Notes: generated from the letters alone by a model not told the origin. Positions 1 to 10,760 are shown, numbered from the stretch's first letter. The stretch: DNA of 64,000 nt from an uncultured Pseudomonadota bacterium (GCA_963770835.1 CAVYRH010000026.1:480001-544000); one strand, 5' to 3'. Made by a program: numbers and translations.

Positions 1-123
1 GGAGTCCTAACCGTCCCTAAACTCTGCCGCGATTGAAGGCGGGCTTATCCGTGCGCCCGGCGGAAGTTCATTCGTGGAATCTCTGACAAGATTTCATTTA
101 ACAGTTTGAGAAAGGGAGTTTTT

Positions 124-2850
124 ATGAGAATCAAGCAAAGCAGTTCAAGCCTTGCAGGGCTGGTGTTGTTCTCCTTTATCTTTTTACTTTCCTTCTCCAA
201 CGCCAAGGCCCAAGTGGCCGCGACAACCCCTGTGGAAAGCATGGGCAACACCCTCTCGGCCTCTGCGACGGGGATTTCCACCCTGCCCGAAGTCAATGTG
301 ACGGCCCACGGCATCGACCAGGCCGCCGCCTTCGACGAGATGCACGAATCCATGAACAAGGTGAACGTGCTGTCCCAGGACCAGATCAACCAGACGCCGG
401 CCAAGTCCGTGGCCCAGGCCGCCGAGCAGCTGCCCGGCGTTGGAACCCTGCATGACACCAGCGAAGCCCGCTATATCACGATCCGGGGCACGGATCCAAA
501 CCTGGATATCATCACTTTCAATGAGACGATCATCCCCTCCTATGATGAGGCGTCCCGGTCCGTGGACCTGGACGACATCCCGGCGGGCTTGTTCGGCGAA
601 TTTGAGCTCTACAAGACGATCTTTCCGAACATGGACGCCCAAGGTATCGGCGGCCAACTCAACCTCGTTCCCAAATATGCCAAGGATTATCCGGGCGGAC
701 TTTTTGAACTGAAGGCCGAAGGGGAATATTTCCCGGAACGCAGCCAACCGGGCGTCAGGGGCGAGTTGACCTGGGCCGATACCTACAACCTGGGGGGGAA
801 AACCAACCTGGGGATCCTCGTGGACGCCGGGTATCAATTCAGCCGGTTTGGGATCGACGACTTGGAAAATGATTACACCGACCCCTCGAAAAACCCTTTA
901 GTTCCCAATTCCATCAAGGATTACCAATTCCGGTATTACGACTATGAGCGGGACCGGGCCGGAATCGGGGCGAACATCAACCTCGACATGGATCGGGACA
1001 ACAAGCTCTACGCCAATTTGATGTACAGCGGTTATGACGAGTACCGCGATCCCGTATGGCACACGGAATATAAAAACATTGATGCCGTCGCGGGCGATGG
1101 CGCCATCGTCAACGCCGATGGCAGCATCACGATTCCCGACGTCACCGCCGGCAAAGGGCTCGATGTCAGCAAAAGCGGAACGGATAATTTGACACAGTTC
1201 CGCACCTTGGCCGCGGGGGTGGGGGGCAAGAACAATCTCGGGGGCTTCATCCTGGACTATAACGCCAACTTCGCCTATACGGAGACCTATCAGCCATGGA
1301 ACTACGGCTATGGTTTCGATAACGCGAACGCGACAGGCTCATTGACCTATAACAACACCGGCAATAACGGGAACATGCCTTCCATCAACTTAAGCGGCCT
1401 GAACGGGACGGACACCAATCCGGCCAATTTCATCTATCAAGGCGCGGGTGGCGGTTTCAGCACTTACGAAGTGTCCCAGTACGGTGGAAGGGCCGATGGC
1501 AAGTTCGACATACCGCTTGGGGGGGACGATACCAGCACGGTCAAATTTGGCGCGGCCGCGCGGTTGAATTACTCCACCAACACCGGGGAAAGCCTTACCT
1601 CGACCCAGACGGCCGCCGGAACCACCCTTTCCCTAAGCTATTTCTCCCTTTACTCCCCCAGTTACTATCCCCCCAACAACATCTATAACATGGGGCCGAT
1701 TCCAACCTTAGCCTCGACGAACATTCTCAACGGCTCGAACCAATTCCAAGGGGCCTTTATCCAAACCGATCCCAATGGGGACAAGGGGGGCGATTATAAC
1801 AACTGGGAGGATGTCTTCGCGGAATACGCCATGTACACCGTCACAAGCGGCCCCATGGTGGCTATGGCAGGCGCCCGGATCGAAACCACGCACATTCAAT
1901 ACAACTGGTTTGAGGCTTACCAACTTGATCCCACCACCGGGGATCCGACGGGCCCCGAATTGCCCACCCCGCTGGCGGAAACGGGAACCATCGACTATAC
2001 CAACGTCCTGCCGAGCCTGGGGTTCAAGTATACGTTCAATCCCCAGCTCACCACCCGGATGAACTATTCGCAGACCCTCTCCCGTCCAACCCAGAACCAG
2101 TACATCCCCGCGTTCAGCTTGGGGCAGGCCCTGAGCGCCCAGAGCGGGAACAACGACGTTTCATTCACCTTCGGCAACCCGAACCTGAAACCGGAGATAT
2201 CTAACAATTTCGACTTCTCTTGGGAGCTTTATCCACAAAAGGGTGCCATCTTGGGCGTGGACCTGTTCCTTAAGCAGATCCAAAACTATATCGCGCTAAA
2301 TTACTCCAGGGTGGAAGGCCCGGGTGGGGTCGGCTCCGGCGGGGTCACCGACTCCATCAACTACATTAACATTGCCGGTTCCGTTATCGACGGAATTGAA
2401 TTCCAGTACCAGCAGCAATACACCATGCTTCCCGATCCCCTGGATGGTTTGGGTTTCCGCGGGTCTATGTCCGTTATCGGTTCTCAGGGAGAGCTTTCTC
2501 CGGGTGTCTACGGCGAACTGCCCAGCCAGTCCGACCTCATCTGGGAAACCGGCGTGTTTTATAAGAAGAGCGGGTTTACCCTCGACGTCGCGGGCAATTT
2601 CACCGGCAGAACCTTAACGGTGATCGGGGACCCAAATGCGGCGTCTTATTCCCCGAGCATTTATTACGACGATTATTTCCAGGTCAACGCGAAGGCCCAG
2701 TACGCCCTCACCAAGGACTTCTCGATCTATGCCGACTGGAACAACATCAACAACGCGGACCTCCGTTATTACCAGGGTTCGTCCAATTACCCGATCCAGA
2801 ACGAGTTCTACGGGCCTTCCTACGATGGTGGTATCGACGTCACCTTTTAA
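124..2850 (+). CDS. TonB-dependent outer membrane receptor
   Basis: Signal peptide, TonB-box-like LPEVNVTA, plug motif (SVAQAAEQLPGV...YITIRG), GNPNLKPE motif, C-terminal aromatic beta-signal (GIDVTF); ATG 124 follows AAGGGAG. Confidence 0.93.
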   Translation: MRIKQSSSSLAGLVLFSFIFLLSFSNAKAQVAATTPVESMGNTLSASATGISTLPEVNVTAHGIDQAAAFDEMHESMNKVNVLSQDQINQTPAKSVAQAAEQLPGVGTLHDTSEARYITIRGTDPNLDIITFNETIIPSYDEASRSVDLDDIPAGLFGEFELYKTIFPNMDAQGIGGQLNLVPKYAKDYPGGLFELKAEGEYFPERSQPGVRGELTWADTYNLGGKTNLGILVDAGYQFSRFGIDDLENDYTDPSKNPLVPNSIKDYQFRYYDYERDRAGIGANINLDMDRDNKLYANLMYSGYDEYRDPVWHTEYKNIDAVAGDGAIVNADGSITIPDVTAGKGLDVSKSGTDNLTQFRTLAAGVGGKNNLGGFILDYNANFAYTETYQPWNYGYGFDNANATGSLTYNNTGNNGNMPSINLSGLNGTDTNPANFIYQGAGGGFSTYEVSQYGGRADGKFDIPLGGDDTSTVKFGAAARLNYSTNTGESLTSTQTAAGTTLSLSYFSLYSPSYYPPNNIYNMGPIPTLASTNILNGSNQFQGAFIQTDPNGDKGGDYNNWEDVFAEYAMYTVTSGPMVAMAGARIETTHIQYNWFEAYQLDPTTGDPTGPELPTPLAETGTIDYTNVLPSLGFKYTFNPQLTTRMNYSQTLSRPTQNQYIPAFSLGQALSAQSGNNDVSFTFGNPNLKPEISNNFDFSWELYPQKGAILGVDLFLKQIQNYIALNYSRVEGPGGVGSGGVTDSINYINIAGSVIDGIEFQYQQQYTMLPDPLDGLGFRGSMSVIGSQGELSPGVYGELPSQSDLIWETGVFYKKSGFTLDVAGNFTGRTLTVIGDPNAASYSPSIYYDDYFQVNAKAQYALTKDFSIYADWNNINNADLRYYQGSSNYPIQNEFYGPSYDGGIDVTF

Positions 2851-3033
2851 ACCTGGGTCGAGCTTCAAGGGGATATCTCTCAACCCCTCGTCCAACCCGG
2901 CAAGAGTTTAAAGACCCAGCACGGTTTCGGCTTCAGGGACCGAAATCGTGCGCCGGGTTCGGGCTTACCCGATAAGAGACCGGTTCTTTTGTATGTTTTA
3001 GATTTAATGATTGCGGTTGTTGCGGGGAATATT

Positions 3034-3089
3034 CGACCCTTCGATAGTCCCAGGGCAAGATTAAATGCCCTGAGCCTGTCGAAGGGTCG
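3034..3089. repeat. REP-like palindrome (CCCTTCGA...GCCCTGAGCCTGTCGAAGGG type)
   Basis: cgacccttcgatagtcccagggc / gccctgagcctgtcgaagggtcg inverted repeat. Confidence 0.7.
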
Positions 3090-3142
3090 GTTGCTTTTTG
3101 AGGGGGCTTGGTGGTGTATCAGTTAGAATGAACCTTTTTCCA

Positions 3143-3178
3143 CCCTCACCCCGCCCTCTCCCCTCAAGGGAGAGGGGG
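3143..3178. repeat. REP-like palindrome (CCCTCACCCC..CCCTCTCCC-GGGAGAGGG type)
   Basis: ccctcaccccgccctctcccctcaagggagagggg hairpin. Confidence 0.7.
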
Positions 3179-3413
3179 AAACTAGCAAAAACCCGCGCCC
3201 ATTGGCTGGGGTTTTGGGGGTACATAGGGGGTTCTCCCTAATGAGTTCTTTCAGGGAGACGGGTATGGTGAGGGGTGTCGGATGCTTTCTGTAAACGAAA
3301 ATGAGACGCTACCTGTTTTTGGGGGGCTTGAAGACGTTCCCGAAATGAAGGACCATTCCTAGGCCAAAGCCCCATGTTTTCTTAGTTTGAAAAACGAAAC
3401 AAAGGAATTTTAA

Positions 3414-4040
3414 ATGAGCTTGATTTTTATGCATATGGCCTTGTTGGGCGACACCTGGGTGATCGGGCTGCTGATCCTGGCCAGCGTGGTTTCCATCGGG
3501 GTCATGTTCGAGCGCTGGCTGGTTTTCCGCAAGAACCGGGGCGACCTTTCCTCTTTGCTGGACGGATTGGCGGCCAGCCTGGAAAAGAACGACATTCCCG
3601 AGGCGGTGGCCCTGGCCGAAAACAGCCAAAGGGTGGAGGCCCGGGTGGCCCTGGCGGGGTTGAAGAACTACCAAAAAGGCGCTCCGGCGGTAGAGGAAGT
3701 CATGGTCTCCCACTGGCTGAGGGAAAAGCTGGAGCTTGAAAGGTACTTGATCATCCTGGGGACCCTCGGCAACAACGCACCTTTCGTCGGGCTTTTCGGG
3801 ACGGTGCTGGGCGTGATCAAAGCCTTCAACGACCTGGGGATGACGGGCCAAAGCGGCGTCTCGGTGGTCATGGCCGGTATTTCCAGCGCCCTGATCGCCA
3901 CGGCCTTCGGCATCCTGGTGGCTATCCCGGCGGTTGTGGCCAACAATTTCTTCCTGACCCGCCTGGGCGAGATCCAGACCAACACCGACAGCCTTTCCCG
4001 CATCCTGCTGGCCTATCTCAAGCAAGAGAAGGCCAAATAA
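3414..4040 (+). CDS. exbB: MotA/TolQ/ExbB proton channel family protein
   Basis: APFVGLFGTVLGVIKAF and GISSALIATAFGILVAIPA motifs; in operon with exbD and tonB. Confidence 0.93.
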   Translation: MSLIFMHMALLGDTWVIGLLILASVVSIGVMFERWLVFRKNRGDLSSLLDGLAASLEKNDIPEAVALAENSQRVEARVALAGLKNYQKGAPAVEEVMVSHWLREKLELERYLIILGTLGNNAPFVGLFGTVLGVIKAFNDLGMTGQSGVSVVMAGISSALIATAFGILVAIPAVVANNFFLTRLGEIQTNTDSLSRILLAYLKQEKAK

Positions 4041-4441
4041 TGCTTCCGGGATCCGGCGACCGGGGCCTGGTCACGGGCATCAATGTCACCCCTATGGTGG
4101 ATATCACGCTGGTGCTGTTGATTATCTTCATGGTGACGGCCACCTTCATCAGCGAACAGGCCCTCCAGGTGCACCTGCCCAAGGTGGTCAAGGAGGAAAA
4201 GGCCCCCCAACCCGCCCTGGTGGTGACCTTGGGCTCCAAGGGCGAACTCAAATTCAACCAGAAAAACATCGACCTGGCCGGCCTGACCCAACAAATGACG
4301 GTCGAGACAAGCGTCAACCCCGAGGTGAAAGTGATCCTCAAGGCGGATAAGAGCGTCCCCTACGAGCAATTGGCCCAGGTCCTGGACTCGATCAAGATGG
4401 GCGGGGTCCAGAAGGTGGCCCTGGCCATGGACCGGAAATAG
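4040..4441 (+). CDS. exbD: ExbD/TolR biopolymer transport protein
   Basis: INVTPMVDITLVLLIIFMV and ADKSVPY motifs. Confidence 0.95.
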   Translation: MLPGSGDRGLVTGINVTPMVDITLVLLIIFMVTATFISEQALQVHLPKVVKEEKAPQPALVVTLGSKGELKFNQKNIDLAGLTQQMTVETSVNPEVKVILKADKSVPYEQLAQVLDSIKMGGVQKVALAMDRK

Positions 4442-5070
4442 TGAACGGACCCTTCGGCGGAATTATGGTGAACCGGTACTTTAGCAACAATGAAATGAAC
4501 CGACTCTTCGAGGAGTTCCTGGGGGAACCCCTTTTCAAGGGCATCCTGGTGTCGGGCCTCCTACACCTGTCCATCTTCGGCATCGCCCTGGGGATCATCG
4601 CCTGGAGCGAGGCCCATGCCGCATACCAGACGAGTATCGACCTCAGCGCCACCCCCCTTATGACCATGGCGCCCAATCCTGTCAAGCCGCCGCCCCCCGA
4701 ACCCTGGATCCTGGCTAAAAAAGGCAAGGCCCCCCCGCCGCCCCTGGTCAAGCCCACGCCCACCCCCGAGCCGGCTTCGCCTTATGTTGCCGCCACCCGC
4801 CAGCCTTCCCTGGTGGGAGGCTTTATCGACGAGAACGATTATCCCCTCGAGATGCGGAAACAAAAGAAGGAAGGCCAGGTGATCGTGGAACTTCTCATCA
4901 ACATCGAGGGGAAGGTGGATAAGGTGACGATCCTCCAAGGCGCCGATCCAGCTTTCAACCAGGTGGTCTTGGACAAGCTGAAGGACGCGAGGTTCCGGCC
5001 CGCCTTGGATAAGTTGGGCTCGCCCATCAATTGCCGGGTACGACTTCCCATCAGCTTCAAACTGGATTAA
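4441..5070 (+). CDS. tonB: Energy transducer TonB
   Basis: TM with SxxxH (SGLLH), Pro-rich linker, C-terminal YP...EGQVIVELLI...F.PA domain; start uncertain (4441/4465/4495). Confidence 0.9.
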   Translation: MNGPFGGIMVNRYFSNNEMNRLFEEFLGEPLFKGILVSGLLHLSIFGIALGIIAWSEAHAAYQTSIDLSATPLMTMAPNPVKPPPPEPWILAKKGKAPPPPLVKPTPTPEPASPYVAATRQPSLVGGFIDENDYPLEMRKQKKEGQVIVELLINIEGKVDKVTILQGADPAFNQVVLDKLKDARFRPALDKLGSPINCRVRLPISFKLD

Positions 5071-5129
5071 ATCGCCTGTTGGGGGGCTTCTTCAAGGGGC
5101 GGGGTCAAACTAAGGAGAACAGAAAAGCC

Positions 5130-6179
5130 ATGAATCATAAACATCATTTAATCTTTTCCTGCTTTTTGATGCTCGCGGTTTCCGCGCCCCAGTCTCTCTG
5201 GCCCAAGGAAACCTCCTCTTTCAAAAAAGACCTGCTTGCTTTCCATAAAAACCCCCGGGATTTGGATTTTCGGGAAAAAATCATCCAGGAAGTCCTCGCC
5301 ATGAAATCCGCCCCTTCCCTGCCCGCTACGGCGGTCAGCCTGAAGGGCCAGGCGAAAGAAGCCTCCGAAAAGTCGCAATTCAAGGACGCGGCCCAATCAC
5401 TTTCCATTGCCTCCGATTGGGCCCCTTGGGACGCCGGCATCTATTCCGATCTGGCCCAAGCCCAGGAAAAAGCGGAGTTCTATCCCGAAGCCGTCCAAAG
5501 CCTGACCCTTTACCTGTTGGCCGCGCCCAAAGCGGAGGACCGGCAACAGGTCCAGGACCGGATCGGGAAACTGGACGATCAGAATAAAAAATGGATGGCG
5601 GGCCAAATTGATCGCCTGGACGAGGATAGCGTGGAGAACGCACTGGCCGCCCGGCTCGTGAATATGGGGCCCGCGGCCAGGACCGAAGTTCCCTTCCTGG
5701 CCAAGGCCCTGAGAACCAACGACGATGATATCCGGTCCCACGCCGCCATGATCCTGGGGCAAATGGGGCATGACGCGGTCCCGGCGATCCCAGCCTTGTC
5801 GGCCCGGTTGGACGATCCCCAGACCCTGGTCCGGGAAAACGCGGCCTTCGCGCTCTCGAAAATTGGGCCCGAGGTCGTCCAGGTTTTGCCGGACTTGGCG
5901 GATTCCTTGAGGGACGATGATGTCCTCGTCCGGAACAGTGTTTCCTGCGCGCTGGGGAATATCGGACCCACGGCCGTAAAAGCGGTGCCGGCCCTGATCA
6001 AGGCTTTGAAGGACCCGGACCCCGCGGTCCGGGCAAACGTGGCCTATGCGCTGGGAAAAATCGGCCCAGGCGCCAAGGAAGCCTTGCCGGCCTTGGAGGG
6101 GATGTCGAACGAGGTTGACCCGACGGCCAAGAAAAATGAGGCCTGGGCGGTCAAGCAAATCAACGCAACAGCCGAATGA
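5130..6179 (+). CDS. Exported TPR + HEAT-repeat protein
   Basis: Signal-like N-terminus, one or two TPR-like repeats, then four to five HEAT repeats (ALKDPDPAVRANVAYALGKIG); AAGGAG upstream. Confidence 0.8.
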   Translation: MNHKHHLIFSCFLMLAVSAPQSLWPKETSSFKKDLLAFHKNPRDLDFREKIIQEVLAMKSAPSLPATAVSLKGQAKEASEKSQFKDAAQSLSIASDWAPWDAGIYSDLAQAQEKAEFYPEAVQSLTLYLLAAPKAEDRQQVQDRIGKLDDQNKKWMAGQIDRLDEDSVENALAARLVNMGPAARTEVPFLAKALRTNDDDIRSHAAMILGQMGHDAVPAIPALSARLDDPQTLVRENAAFALSKIGPEVVQVLPDLADSLRDDDVLVRNSVSCALGNIGPTAVKAVPALIKALKDPDPAVRANVAYALGKIGPGAKEALPALEGMSNEVDPTAKKNEAWAVKQINATAE

Positions 6180-6324
6180 AGCCTTTGCGAAAAAGCATTT
6201 TATAAAACCAGGTTGCTGGCTTGGATCCCCCCCTGGGGGCAGAGGGATTTTGTTCTGGCCGAAGAATGGTGTAAGCGGGTTCATTGATAGGATGGCGCCG
6301 AAAGTTTATTTTGGAGGTAGAAGC

Positions 6325-7314
6325 ATGAAAAAGTTTTTGAAGGTTTTCGCTCCCATAGCTTTGGGGTTGGGAATGCTGGCCCTGGCTTGTTCCAGCAACA
6401 ATAAAGGAAATCCCGCCGCGCCTTCCAGTCCTCTCCCACCCACCAATACGCCTTGCGTGGACTCCCAGGGTCATACCTGCACCCCCACGGTGACTGCCAC
6501 GCCCACCAATACTTTTACGCCCACTCCCACCATCACTCCCGGGCCCCTGAATGTTACGGCGCCCACGACCCTGACCACGGGCGGATATGCCTTCACCACC
6601 GTGGACATCGGACAAGCCCTTTATATCAACGGCGCGGTGACAATTGACGCGGGGACTTACTTCAACCTTCCGGCCGGGGCCACTATCATCGGGGATGGGA
6701 GGGGATACACGGCGGGAACAGGTCCGGGAACAAGCACCAATATTGGCGGTGGGGGCCATGGCGGGGCCGGGGGAGCTTCCGGGACCGGATCGGATGCCGG
6801 ACCGGCGAATGACCTTGCCGCCGGGCCCACTTTGATGGGAAGCGGCGGAGGTGGTTCAGGGGCGGGATCCGGCGGCGGCCTCTTGACGATTAACGTCCCA
6901 TCCGGGCCGGCTACTTTGGACGGTTTCATCAGTATGAACGGAAATGCCGGGACAAAGGGAGGCAATGAGATAGGGAGTGCGGGAAATCCAGGAAGCGGAG
7001 GGGGCGCGGGGGGAGCGATTTACGTGAAAGCGGTCACCATCGTGTTCAACGGGGGGACGCTTGAGGCTAACGGCGGAAACGGCGGAAATGGGGGCAACTC
7101 GGCAACGGGTGGGGGCTACAGCGGATCTGCCGGCGGAGATGGGGGCGGGGGCGGGGGTGGAGGAATCATCTCACTGCTGTACCATGCGTCTTTGGCAGGT
7201 TCCGGGAGCATGGCAGTAACCGGAGGCGCTGGGGGGGCAAATGGTACAGGCAAACCCAATGGAACTCCTGGCGTGGCGGGAAACCCGGGGAGCGCCGGAC
7301 AATCCACGTATTAA
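6325..7314 (+). CDS. Gly-rich lipoprotein with Pro/Thr linker
   Basis: GGAGG RBS, lipobox ALAC, TPTPT linker, GGGAGG/GSGGG repeats. Confidence 0.75.
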   Translation: MKKFLKVFAPIALGLGMLALACSSNNKGNPAAPSSPLPPTNTPCVDSQGHTCTPTVTATPTNTFTPTPTITPGPLNVTAPTTLTTGGYAFTTVDIGQALYINGAVTIDAGTYFNLPAGATIIGDGRGYTAGTGPGTSTNIGGGGHGGAGGASGTGSDAGPANDLAAGPTLMGSGGGGSGAGSGGGLLTINVPSGPATLDGFISMNGNAGTKGGNEIGSAGNPGSGGGAGGAIYVKAVTIVFNGGTLEANGGNGGNGGNSATGGGYSGSAGGDGGGGGGGGIISLLYHASLAGSGSMAVTGGAGGANGTGKPNGTPGVAGNPGSAGQSTY

Positions 7315-7479
7315 AACATGGATTTTAACCGCCTGAGATTGTCCTTGGGTTAAAGCCCAAGGACGGTTGGCCGCAATGAGGCCAACTACAACAAGCTTGG
7401 CCTAAATCGCCCCGTTTGGGGCTGGGCCTCGCAATGACAAAACAACATCGAACTAATGCGCCACTGATAGGAGCTGTTC

Positions 7480-9469
7480 ATGAAACCAATTCGAATCGTC
7501 TTGAACCTAATCATCACCCTGGCCCTGGGCTTGGCCTTGTTCCCTATCCTTTCCGCCGCTTCCTCCCGGCCCCACGGGAAGCCCATGGTGGAACTGCTGC
7601 CGGACACAAGTGACCTCCAGGTGGCCCCCCTGGAGGTTCCCGAAACCCAGGAACCGAAGCTGGGACACAAACAGTTGCTTTCCCTCCTGCGCCAGCACGT
7701 CAAATATGTTTTCGTCCTCTACCAGGAAAACCGTTCCTTTGACTCTTATTTCGGCAGCTTCCCCGGCGTGGAGGGCATCTATTCCCAGCCGGCCAGCCTG
7801 ACCCCCGGCTTTAACCAGTCCGTCCAAAACCCCGACGGCACCCAGCAGCCCATCCAGCCCTTCCTCATCGGGGCCAAGCAATTCGCCTCGGACCTGGACG
7901 ACACCAAGCATTCCCACATCGCCCTGGTCAAAAAGATGGATGTGGTGGATGGGAAACCGAAGATGGACCAGTTCGCCCTGGCGGAGGAATTCAAGAACGG
8001 CAAGAACGGCCTCCCCTCCCTGGCCGACAAGCAGTTCGGGGAGCTGGCCATGGCCCACGTGGACGGCGACACCATCCCCTTCCTCTGGCGCTGGGCCAAC
8101 CGGTTCGTGATTTTCGACCACATTTTCCAACTGATGGTGGGCCCCTCCGGCCCGGGCAATTTGTCCATCATCGCCGCCCAAAGCGGACAGACCCAGGCCG
8201 CGCTCCATCCCAAGGAACTCGAGCAGGATGGCGGGAAAAAGGCCCCGGGGGAGCCGGTCCTCAACAGCACCGACCCCTTCTGGGGCTCGCCCCAGGACAC
8301 GTCCAACCCCAAGATGCCCGTGAACCCCAAGGAATATTCCGGCAAAAACAAGGACAAAGTGAAGGACACCCACTTGAACCAGACCTACGCCACCATCCCC
8401 CTTTCCCTGGCCGGTTCCCAGGCCCAAAGCGAGACCGACGCCGACCCGCAAAAGGACACGGATATGGAGGACCTTCAGGATGACGTGCCTACCTGGATAA
8501 GAAGGGCCAGGCGCCCATCTCCTGGGGCTGGTTCCAGGAGGGTTCGGCCACCCCTTTGCCGGAGACAAAGACGCCACCGACGCCGAGGGCCAGCATTTTT
8601 CCTATGTCACCCACCACAATGGCCCGCAGTATTTCGGCTATATCGTGCATAGCCCGGCCATGGCCGGCGGCCTCCACGACCTGCAGGATTTTTTCAACGC
8701 CGTGAAACAGGGCACCCTGTCGGACCAAGGCGGGGTCTATTACGTGAAGGGTGGGCGGGCAAAACCTCTTCGGCTTGAAGCCGCTCGATCCGGATGGGGC
8801 GGTGCAAAAGCGGTTCCAGGGGGATGACGACCATCCCGGGGATTCGGACTCCCAGATCAGCGAAGCCATGCTGGCCCATGCCATCAACGCCATCGCCCAA
8901 AGCAAGTATTGGGACCAATGCGCCATCGTCATCACCTGGGACGACGAAGGCGGGTATATACGACCATGTCCCGCCGCCCCTGCACTCCTTCACCCCGGAC
9001 AAGGAGCCCCTCACGGACGGCCCCCGGGTGCCCTTCCTTCTCCTGTCACCCTATTCCCGGGCCCACGCGGTGGTCCACGAGAACGGGGACCACGGGTCGG
9101 TCGTCAAATTCGTGGACGAGGTTTTCGGGCTGACGCCCCTGGCCAAACTGCCGGATGAGATTAAAGGGAAGGAAGATCGGCAAGAAAAATTGGGGCCAGG
9201 ACAACTGGGGCCCGGACGACGCGCTCACTCCGGACGTTTCCGACCTGTTGGCCGGCTTCGATCCGGCCCGGTTGAAGGGCGATGCCCCGCCCCTGCCACC
9301 CGATTACGCCATGATCCCTGATGACATCGTGGGCAAACTCCCGCAGGTGAGCGGGTACGGCCTCAAGGACATCGGGATCGTTCCCGTCGACCAGGCCCAA
9401 GGGCTGTCGAATCCCATCCCGGTCGACTTCAACCCGAGGCCCAAGACCAACCCTACCCAAGCCCGGTGA
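7480..9469 (+). pseudogene. Phospholipase C / phosphoesterase family protein, frameshifted (pseudogene or sequencing errors)
   Basis: YQENRSFDSYFG, SYVTHHNGPQYFGY, DDDHPG, ITWDDEGG, YDHVPPP and GPRVPFLLLSPY motifs spread over different frames; about five indels (~8488, ~8545, ~8755, ~8957, ~9170). Confidence 0.85.
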
Positions 9470-9628
9470 ATCTAACCGTGGACGATGTTTCTTGCTTTGA
9501 AGCGAGTGGAGTTTTAAAGAAGAATGAGAGAGAGGGGCAAGAGCAGTTAAAGGAGTTTTCGCAACCTTTTGTAAAGACCGGCGGCGTCCAAACGCCGTCC
9601 AGAAACTAATTTGAACCGGAGGAAAGTG

Positions 9629-10666
9629 ATGAAAAGTTTGAGCAAGCTGGTTTTTTTGTTTTTAGCCGTCCTTTGGACGGTTGGAACAGCCGAAGCCCAG
9701 GAAGCGGGGCCGAGCGGCTACAAGATCTTGCAAAAAGTTTCCCTGCCGGGGGACGGCGGATTTGATTTCCTGACCGTGGATAGCGATGCCCGGCGGGTTT
9801 ATATCACCCATAACGACAGCGTCCAGGTGCTCGACGCCGATACCTTGAAATTGGTGGGAACCGTCGAGAAGGTCCCCCATCCCCACGGCGTGGTCTTTTT
9901 GCCCGATTTGGGCAAAGGCTATGCCACCAGCGGCGACCCGGGAAGCGTCGTGGTTTTTGACTTGAAGACGTTCCAACATCTTTCCGAAATCCCCACCGCG
10001 AAGGACTCGGACGTCGTCATTTATGACAAGGGCTCGGGAAAGGTGATGACCTTTAACGGCGACAGCTCAAACTCCACCGTCATCGATCCCGCCACCGACA
10101 AGGCGGTTACCACCGTGGACTTGGGAGGCCAGCCCGAAGTCGCTGTTTCCGACGGCAAAGGCCATATCTTCGATAACTTGGAAAGCAAAAGCGAGATTAT
10201 CAAGATCACTTCTAAAACGATGAAGATCACCAAGCATTGGCCCCTGGCGCCGGGCGAATCCCCTTCGGGCCTTGCCATGGACGTGGAAAACAACCGCCTC
10301 TTCAGCGGCTGCCACAACAAGCTGCTGGTGGTGATGAACGCGAAGAACGGGAAGGTCATCCAGACCCTGCCCATCGGCGACCACGTGGACGGCACCTATT
10401 TCGACCCCGCTTCGGCGACCATCTTCGTTTCCTGCGGCGACGGCACGCTGAACGTGATCCACGAGGATTCGCCGGACAAATACTCGGTGGTGGAAAACGT
10501 CCAGACCGAGGAGGGGGCCAAGACACTGGCTTTCGATTCCAAGACGGGCCATGTTTTCCTGACGACGGCCAAAAGGGAGTCGGCCCCCACGCCGACAAAA
10601 GAGGACCCCAAACCCCACCGCAAGATCGTGCCGGGCAGCTTTGAGGTGTTGGTGGTCGGGAAGTAA
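9629..10666 (+). CDS. YncE/YVTN-type beta-propeller exported protein
   Basis: Signal peptide; GFDFLTVD, PHGV, PSGLAMD, LFSGC, LPIGDHVDG propeller blades; GGAGG RBS. Confidence 0.85.
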   Translation: MKSLSKLVFLFLAVLWTVGTAEAQEAGPSGYKILQKVSLPGDGGFDFLTVDSDARRVYITHNDSVQVLDADTLKLVGTVEKVPHPHGVVFLPDLGKGYATSGDPGSVVVFDLKTFQHLSEIPTAKDSDVVIYDKGSGKVMTFNGDSSNSTVIDPATDKAVTTVDLGGQPEVAVSDGKGHIFDNLESKSEIIKITSKTMKITKHWPLAPGESPSGLAMDVENNRLFSGCHNKLLVVMNAKNGKVIQTLPIGDHVDGTYFDPASATIFVSCGDGTLNVIHEDSPDKYSVVENVQTEEGAKTLAFDSKTGHVFLTTAKRESAPTPTKEDPKPHRKIVPGSFEVLVVGK

Positions 10667-10676
10667 GTTTTCATCC

Positions 10677-10713
10677 AAGGGGCTGCCCCGTCACCGGGGC
10701 GGCTCTTTCTTTT
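10677..10713 (+). terminator. Rho-independent terminator
   Basis: ggggctgccccg-tcac-cggggcggctct followed by a T-rich tract. Confidence 0.75.
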
Positions 10714-10760
10714 GAGGGTTGAATCTTAGAACCTATAATAAAACCTCAAAACAAAGACGA

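Noticed and set aside
1..123. Riboswitch (e.g. cobalamin or TPP) upstream of the TonB-dependent receptor
   Set aside because: No recognisable conserved aptamer motifs in the visible 123 nt; the leader may extend outside the window
2998..3320. Fur-box-like AT-rich stretches (taatgattgc, aaatgagacg) upstream of exbB
   Set aside because: Only half-site matches with no dyad symmetry
9561..9590. ECF-like promoter GCAACC...CGTCC upstream of the YncE-like gene
   Set aside because: Spacing is longer than typical and no second copy supports it
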